A stretch of 14,136 nucleotides of DNA from Candidatus Heimdallarchaeota archaeon (GTDB taxonomy: Archaea > Asgardarchaeota > Heimdallarchaeia > Hodarchaeales > Hodarchaeaceae). Location: the NCBI GenBank assembly GCA_019057635.1, contig DXJL01000125.1:1-14136 (forward strand). Reading direction: 5' to 3'. The translations under genes were made by a program, and so were the position numbers. Below are positions 9,046 to 14,136 of this stretch, piece by piece; positions within the stretch are counted from its first letter, which is position 1, and every line of letters begins with the position of its first letter. The notes under the pieces were generated by a model. It saw only the letters and a program-made list of their open reading frames with translations, searched no databases and was not told the DNA's origin.

Positions 9046-9342
9046 TATTTTTAGGAAATTGCCTTTTTGATGGAATAGAAAGGATTTTTCTAGGAATTTT
9101 CCAGTTAGGAGTCATAGATCGTTGGAATGAAAGATTTCACATAGGAATTTACCAAACGAGTGTCATAAAATAGAGTATTGATCATAATTAGAGAATTGAA
9201 TCCACACCTATCAGAAATGAATTAATTAGTAATGGCTTGAAAAAGTTATAAATGAAGTAGTTTTAATCAATTAAATCGAAATTGCTTCTCTTGATGACAG
9301 AAGAAAGCAAGGAATTTATCAGATAAGGGAGACATAACAAAA

Positions 9343-11847
9343 TTGAAAGTCTCTGAAATTAAGGAATTGATCCAAAGAGGGAATTACTATCAAGCCTTAG
9401 AAGCGATAGAGGATTTAAGCCCAAGTGATAAACTAAATGGTTTAATTCTTAAAAGCAGAATTTTTGAGCAGAAGGGAGAGGTAGAAAAATCACTTATAAT
9501 TGCTGAGCAAGCATTAAAAATGAGTACAACTCTAAGTGAGAAGCTACAGCAATTACAAGCAGAAATTTGTCGTGGTTTCGGATTTCTTGCTCTACAAAAA
9601 TTGACAAGATTAGAAGAAACTATTCTAAGAGGAGAAGCACTCTTACTTTCTTTAGTAAACGAATCAACATTAGATCTAAAGAAAAGTGAAGCAGATCTCA
9701 AATATCTTAAGGGTTTCTTATTTTTTATGAAAATTGAAAGAGATATTGCACAAGATTATCTTAATGAGAGTTTGGCAATCAGGAAAGAAATTATTGATGA
9801 ACAAGGAATTATAGAATCATATACAGCCCTTGGAATGCTTTATTTATTATTATATAAAAAACCAGTGACTGCTATTGACAATTTTAAAAGAGCAATGGCT
9901 TTTATGGAGAGTTTGGGGACTAAAACAATTTTTACATATTCATTGAGACAAATAATGAGTTATGACGAGGTACTCGCCCTTATATCAGTACCAGAAGACC
10001 AACAAGCCTTTTTACCTGATTATACACGGAATATCTGTCCTGAAGTTTGGAAAATTACAAATCAGTTTCAACAAAAATTAAGTCAAAATTTGCTAAGAGT
10101 ACCATCTGAACTAAAGAAGGAATTTCTTCTCGCTTTAGATAGTTACCAGAAATACAATGAATTGTTTAATATATTCACATCTTTTTCACCAATTTATCAA
10201 GATGTTGGATGGCATCTTCATGTCAAAGGTGATCTTGTCCGTGCTTTACACTTTTATAAAAAGAGTCTAGAACTCTTAAAGAATATAGAAGAGAATAAAC
10301 CAGAAACAGGACGTCTTTTAAGCACTCTGGGAACCATTTATGCTGATTTAGGGAAGTTAGATCTTGCTCTTGAATATTTCAAGAGTAGTATAAATTTAAA
10401 TCGTGAAATAGACTGTAAAATAGCAATTGCTTATAATTTGAAGGAAATTGCTAAAATAAATTCATTGAAAGGAGAACTAGATCTAGCTATGGATAATATT
10501 AATCAAAGTTTTAACTTATTCTTGGTATCTGACTGGCGAGATGGCATAAATCGATGCTATTTGGTGTTAGGGGTCATTTGGAAGCATATGGGAAAACTAG
10601 ATCTAGCTAGAAGTTTTTTAGAAAAAGGGTGGGTGCAGCGTAATCAATATGGTGGGATTTTTCCCCTTTTTGATTCGTATTATCTCTATCATCTGATTTT
10701 ACTTACTCAAGAACGAAATGATGCAGAGAACGCAGTTCATTATCTTAGTCAATTGCACAAAATACAACAGAGTCATGAATCTAAGACGATTACCTTAAGA
10801 TATCACTTTTGTGAAGCTATTGTTCTTATGATGAGCAATAGGACAATTGACAAATTCCTCGCTCAACACAAATTACGTGAAATTCTAGAAAAACACACAG
10901 AAAGGTTACTCTCTACTAATCCTATATTCATTATGGTGATGTTAAACCTTTGCGAGTTATTGATGCTGGAATTAAAAGTCTCTAGCAAACAAGAAGAAAT
11001 ATTTCAGGAAATTTCAGCATGGATTGGAATATGTCGACTACAAGCAGAATATTTCAATCTACTACCACTACTTGTTTCTTCATTTATTATTGAATCTAGA
11101 GTAAATATGGTCAAGAATGACTTGAAACATGCTCAAATACTTCTTAATAAAGCACAAATAATTGCAGAAGAGAAAAAGTTAGGAAATTTGATAGAAAAAG
11201 TGAAGAAAGAAAAAAAAACACTGGAATTGTATGAATGGGGAAGTCGTAAAGAAGATTCCATTCAAGAGCGTATAACGCAAGTTAACTTGGAAGAATATTT
11301 CAATGAAGCGAAGAAATTACCTCAAACTTGGGTACAGAGTACCACGATGCAACCATTACCCGAAGATCCTGTTATGTTCGTTATAGTTACTGATGGGGGA
11401 TTAACTCTTTTCACAAGAATATTTGACCAAAATTACTCTAAAAAAGTTGGTTTGATCGGACAAATCTTAGTAGCTTTCGAAATGTTTAGTCAAGAAGTTT
11501 TTTCAGCCTCAGCTGATCATGTGGTAATGGGAGATCTGCGGTTGGTTATGCAGACGCGGGGTAATTTAAGATTTGCATATGTTTTTAGAGGAGAATCCTA
11601 TCCAGCTATCAGTAAACTAATTCAATTAATAAATAAACTTCAGTTAAGACGTGATTTATGGGAAAAATTAGAGGATATCATTATTACAGGTGTTGCATTA
11701 AGTTCAGGTGAGAAAGCTGAAATAAATGGTGCTCTTAATGATATTATTTTTTCAACTAGCGCTAACAACACTGGATGGTTCCACAGTCCGTATCTCAAAT
11801 ATACTGAAGAAGCCCGACAATTAGTTGAAACTTGGGGAACAAAATGA
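9343..11847 (+). CDS. Large tetratricopeptide-repeat protein with a putative C-terminal longin-like domain (Asgard-type architecture)
   Basis: TPR consensus segments such as LSTLGTIYADLGKLDLALEYFKSSI, VGWHLHVKGDLVRALHFYKKSL and LGVIWKHMGKLDLARSFLEKG. The C-terminal alpha/beta domain begins PEDPVMFVIVTDGGLTLFTRIF. TTG start preceded by GGGGAG. Confidence 0.85.
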   Translation: MKVSEIKELIQRGNYYQALEAIEDLSPSDKLNGLILKSRIFEQKGEVEKSLIIAEQALKMSTTLSEKLQQLQAEICRGFGFLALQKLTRLEETILRGEALLLSLVNESTLDLKKSEADLKYLKGFLFFMKIERDIAQDYLNESLAIRKEIIDEQGIIESYTALGMLYLLLYKKPVTAIDNFKRAMAFMESLGTKTIFTYSLRQIMSYDEVLALISVPEDQQAFLPDYTRNICPEVWKITNQFQQKLSQNLLRVPSELKKEFLLALDSYQKYNELFNIFTSFSPIYQDVGWHLHVKGDLVRALHFYKKSLELLKNIEENKPETGRLLSTLGTIYADLGKLDLALEYFKSSINLNREIDCKIAIAYNLKEIAKINSLKGELDLAMDNINQSFNLFLVSDWRDGINRCYLVLGVIWKHMGKLDLARSFLEKGWVQRNQYGGIFPLFDSYYLYHLILLTQERNDAENAVHYLSQLHKIQQSHESKTITLRYHFCEAIVLMMSNRTIDKFLAQHKLREILEKHTERLLSTNPIFIMVMLNLCELLMLELKVSSKQEEIFQEISAWIGICRLQAEYFNLLPLLVSSFIIESRVNMVKNDLKHAQILLNKAQIIAEEKKLGNLIEKVKKEKKTLELYEWGSRKEDSIQERITQVNLEEYFNEAKKLPQTWVQSTTMQPLPEDPVMFVIVTDGGLTLFTRIFDQNYSKKVGLIGQILVAFEMFSQEVFSASADHVVMGDLRLVMQTRGNLRFAYVFRGESYPAISKLIQLINKLQLRRDLWEKLEDIIITGVALSSGEKAEINGALNDIIFSTSANNTGWFHSPYLKYTEEARQLVETWGTK

Positions 11848-12007
11848 TCACCTAACCTTTTGTGCTGGTTAACGTTGGTTTTATCCGTTTTTTAATTAAA
11901 ATTTATTTAATCTAATATCAATAAACGTTGGATAAGCGACATTGGTGCTCAAGAAGTATTAATCTAGTTCAAAAGATAATGGACTTATTCCTTTAAAAAA
12001 ATCTAGG

Positions 12008-12117
12008 TTCACCATTTTGAAACCTAGTATAATTGCATTCACACATAATGAATTGCTAAAGGATATATTAGTGCAAACGTCGTCCATGGCTGGTTTAGAT
12101 AAGGATAGTATATACTT
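12008..12117 (+). repeat. Extended repeat plus motif copy 6 (class B)
   Basis: TTCACCATTTTGA...CACATAATGAA...AACGTCGTCCAT-GGCTGG-TTTAGATAAGGATAGTATATACTT. Bases 12076-12100 are identical to 694-718 (25 bp). Confidence 0.9.
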
Positions 12118-12147
12118 ATAGTGGGGAAAAAGAAAATCAGACTGTAA

Positions 12148-12543
12148 TCACCAAGATTGGGTATTAACTTGAGGAATTTTTTCAAAATGACGAGTGTTCT
12201 TTGTTACTACTGTAGAAATTCCTCGTGAAATCATGGTGCCAGCAATTAGAATATCAGCTCCCCCTATCATTTCGCCTTTGGCTCGTAAATCTGCTTCTAT
12301 TATAGCAGATCTAGTTGCAGCAGCTAAATCAAAATCTAGTATAACTATCCTACTTAAAAGGTTATTGCGAACTTTCAGTTCCATTTCCGAGTTTGTTGCT
12401 CCAAAAGCTCCTACTAAGAATTCATGAGCTACGATTGTATTTGTTACATGAGGACCTTCTTTGTCCAAATCATCTAAAAGTGTTTTAGCTGGAGCATGTT
12501 TTCTTATAACATCAATTAGAAATGAAGTATCTAGAAACTTCAT
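12148..12543 (-). CDS. vapC: PIN-domain toxin, VapC family
   Basis: MKFLDTSFLID, HEFLVG, IGGADILIAG, VVTKNTRHF. The likely start is ATG at 12543, 4 bp after the antitoxin stop; the track's 12630 start overlaps the antitoxin. Confidence 0.93.
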   Translation of the reverse strand: MKFLDTSFLIDVIRKHAPAKTLLDDLDKEGPHVTNTIVAHEFLVGAFGATNSEMELKVRNNLLSRIVILDFDLAAATRSAIIEADLRAKGEMIGGADILIAGTMISRGISTVVTKNTRHFEKIPQVNTQSW

Positions 12544-12547
12544 GGTT

Positions 12548-12766
12548 TTATCGTCCTTGGAAAAAATTCTGACGTCTCTGTTCAATTTCACTAAGTTCTT
12601 CTTCATACTCACTCTTAGATTTAGTTCCAACTCCCCAATAATCTTTTAAATTTCCAAATAAACCAGAAATCCGTAATATTGTGTCTGAAAAAGACTCTCC
12701 TTCCAATTGTAATGATTTTAATGCGTGATAAGCTGCTTCCTTCACTGTGATTGTTTTCGATACCAT
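12548..12766 (-). CDS. vapB: Archaeal VapB-type antitoxin (DUF217-like)
   Basis: KTITVKEAAYHALKSLQLEGESFSDTILRI motif. 72 aa, directly upstream of the PIN toxin. Confidence 0.9.
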   Translation of the reverse strand: MVSKTITVKEAAYHALKSLQLEGESFSDTILRISGLFGNLKDYWGVGTKSKSEYEEELSEIEQRRQNFFQGR

Positions 12767-12796
12767 GTTTATGTGTATGTTTAAACTTATATAAAA
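12764..12796 (-). promoter_or_regulatory. TATA box and hexamer repeats of the first vapBC operon
   Basis: The minus strand reads TTTTATATAA-GTTT-AAACAT-ACACAT-AAACAT-G. The TATA box lies ~21-30 bp upstream of the ATG, which suggests a leaderless transcript. Confidence 0.5.
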
Positions 12797-12815
12797 GATT
12801 TTCTAGATTATTATC

Positions 12816-12857
12816 AACTCCGTCAAAGGCTGGTTTAGATTACAAAAGTATATACTA
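12816..12857 (+). repeat. Intergenic motif copy 7 (class A variant)
   Basis: AACTCCGTCAAA-GGCTGG-TTTAGATTACAAAAGTATATACTA, core at 12828. Confidence 0.9.
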
Positions 12858-12889
12858 GGGTGAGATGTGGGCGAAATTTTATTTTTCGT
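12858..12889 (+). mobile_element. Solo left-end remnant of the same IS
   Basis: 31/32 identical to 736-767 (GGGTGAGATGTGSGCGAAATTTTATTTTTCGT). No transposase or right end follows it. Confidence 0.75.
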
Positions 12890-12915
12890 AACAAAATTTT
12901 GATTTGGGAAGATTA

Positions 12916-12937
12916 TTTATATATGCATATGCATATA
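12916..12937 (+). promoter_or_regulatory. TATA box overlapped by an 18-bp perfect palindrome (probable operator of the second vapBC)
   Basis: TTTATATA at 12916-12923, TATATGCATATGCATATA at 12920-12937, and an RBS-like GGGTGA at 12945-12950. Confidence 0.55.
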
Positions 12938-12956
12938 AAAAGATGGGTGAACAATA

Positions 12957-13199
12957 ATGGCAAAAAACATTGCTGTTTCAAATGAGATCTACAAAGTATT
13001 GAATCAGCTCAAATTAGGAAATGAAAGTTTTTCTGACGTGATAAAGAGGTTATTACCTCCAAAATCGATGTTGTCAGATATAGCCGGAACTAAAACGTTC
13101 AGCTATCAAGAATGGAGTGAAATTCAAAGTGCTTTCCAAGATCAGAGAGCATTGGATATTGAACGAACGAAAAAACTATTAGAAAAAATGGTTGATTAA
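12957..13199 (+). CDS. vapB: Archaeal VapB-type antitoxin (DUF217-like)
   Basis: KNIAVSNEIYKVLNQLKLGNESFSDVIKRLL motif. Coupled to the downstream PIN gene. Confidence 0.9.
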   Translation: MAKNIAVSNEIYKVLNQLKLGNESFSDVIKRLLPPKSMLSDIAGTKTFSYQEWSEIQSAFQDQRALDIERTKKLLEKMVD

Positions 13200-13611
13200 T
13201 GTGTGGTTAGCAGATACGACTTTTATCATTGATTTGGTCAATAATGACGAAGGAGCAGTGAAAATGGCGCAAATAATAGATAGAATGCACTCAGTCGTTT
13301 TCATATCAGCTATTACGATCCAGGAATATCTAAGAGGTATTTATTATTTATTTGGAAATAAACTAAATCAAATCGACAAAAAATTGTCAAAAGCTGAAGG
13401 CGATCTAGCCCGATTCAGTGGACTAGAGCTAAATTATAATGTAGCAAAAGCTGCTGCTAAGATCGACGCTGATCTAACTCGCAAAGGAGAACAGATAGGT
13501 TATGCTGACGTTTTAATAGGAGCAACAGCTCAATTCTATCAATTGACAATTTTAACACGAAATGATAAACACTTCCAAAAAATTCCTGATTTAAAAATTG
13601 ATATCTATTAA
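13192..13611 (+). CDS. vapC: PIN-domain toxin, VapC family
   Basis: WLADTTFIIDL, SAITIQEYLRG, IGYADVLIGATA, ILTRNDKHF. Start is either TTG 13192 or GTG 13201. Confidence 0.93.
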   Translation: MINVWLADTTFIIDLVNNDEGAVKMAQIIDRMHSVVFISAITIQEYLRGIYYLFGNKLNQIDKKLSKAEGDLARFSGLELNYNVAKAAAKIDADLTRKGEQIGYADVLIGATAQFYQLTILTRNDKHFQKIPDLKIDIY

Positions 13612-13631
13612 ATGGTTCAAATATCTGTATT

Positions 13632-13669
13632 TGTCGTAAAAGGCTGGATTAGATAGGAAAAGTATATAC
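13632..13669 (+). repeat. Intergenic motif copy 8 (class A)
   Basis: TGTCGTAAAA-GGCTGG-ATTAGATAGGAAAAGTATATAC, core at 13642. Confidence 0.92.
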
Positions 13670-13857
13670 ATATTGGTAATTCTAGTAATGTGCCACAGGA
13701 ATCACAATGAAAGGCTGTTAAAGGGTTCGGGGCATGTTTAACAGTATATACTTAGGTATATAAATGGTCTATCTCTTTTTTTATACTCAGACGGAACAAA
13801 GATTGCAATGATATCTTGTTCCTTGTTATTTCAAACAATTATAACGGTGAAAAAAAA

Positions 13858-14061
13858 GTGACAACTGAAGAAATTGGTAAAAACGTCAAAGTAACCATTG
13901 ATGAGAATATTTTAACAATAAGGATTGATTTAACTAAGACATTTGGAAAGTCTGGTAGTGGTAAATCGACCATTATTGCTACTACATCAGGTAATAAGGG
14001 AATTGGTAAAGAAGATATTAAATTAGGATTAAATTGCTATACTCCTGTAAAGAACGATTAA
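13858..14061 (+). CDS. Small hypothetical protein (~67 aa, beta-rich)
   Basis: GTG 13858 is preceded by GGTGA. Sequence KNVKVTIDENILTIRIDLTKTFGKSGSGKSTIIATTSGN...LGLNCY resembles, from recollection only, a small uncharacterised family; not verified. Confidence 0.75.
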   Translation: MTTEEIGKNVKVTIDENILTIRIDLTKTFGKSGSGKSTIIATTSGNKGIGKEDIKLGLNCYTPVKND

Positions 14062-14090
14062 TATTAACCCTCTCTCTTTCTTTTTTCGCT

Positions 14091-14126
14091 AACTCCGTAA
14101 AAGGCTGGTTTAGAAAAGGAAAAAAT
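14091..14126 (+). repeat. Intergenic motif copy 9 (class A)
   Basis: AACTCCGTAAAA-GGCTGG-TTTAGAAAAGGAAAAAAT, core at 14103. Confidence 0.9.
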
Positions 14127-14136
14127 TTCTCGTAAA

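Noticed and set aside
7969-9701. ORFs 7969..8208, 8256..8441, 8413..8709, 8982..9173 and 9390..9701
   Set aside because: Shadows of the crotonase and TPR genes. ORF 8982..9173 runs through the repeat and has no clear protein signal.
11851-11936. GCTGGTT partial core, AACGTTGG x2 and TTATCC/GGATAA after the TPR gene
   Set aside because: Matches are too short and lack both arms of the motif, so they cannot be distinguished from chance.
11986-12087. 33-codon minus-strand ORF (MDDVCTN...) in the class B extended repeat
   Set aside because: Differences from the 8957-9045 copy are mostly non-synonymous and the ATG is lost there, so there is no sign of coding constraint.
12194-12649. Plus-strand ORFs 12194..12427 and 12461..12649
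   Set aside because: Antisense to vapBC.
13945-13971. Walker A-like GKSGSGKST as evidence of an NTPase
   Set aside because: The protein is only ~67 aa, with no Walker B and no room for a P-loop fold.
694-14126. Repeats as a CRISPR array
   Set aside because: Intervals are 0.46-4.7 kb and contain whole genes, the copies are degenerate, and there are no cas genes.
694-14126. Repeats as classical integron attC sites
   Set aside because: There is no RYYYAAC...GTTRRRY pair enclosing a long imperfect hairpin, cargo lies in both orientations, and no intI is in the window.

Overview
AT-rich window, probably archaeal. An Asgard/Heimdallarchaeia-like host is inferred from the large TPR protein with a longin-like C-terminus, the archaeal-type asd, the VapBC pairs and the TATA-like promoters; it is not proven. 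In order, the window holds a 5'-truncated metal-dependent hydrolase, an IS4/IS5-like DDE transposon with imperfect TIRs whose transposase is broken by one in-frame stop, convergent asd and lysC, a VAT-1-like MDR oxidoreductase, endonuclease V, a crotonase-family enzyme, an 834-aa TPR protein, two divergent VapBC toxin-antitoxin pairs and a small hypothetical protein. The main unexplained structure is a ~35-45 bp intergenic motif (consensus CGTAAAA-GGCTGG-TTTAGATAGGAAAAGTATATAC) present in 9 copies, all on the + strand. It divides the window into one- or two-gene modules of unrelated function. Its left and right flanks are shuffled between copies, and an IS end sits at the same position in two copies. 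This resembles a gene-cassette array with non-attC recombination sites, but no recombinase gene is in the window and a dispersed REP/MITE-like or regulatory repeat cannot be excluded.
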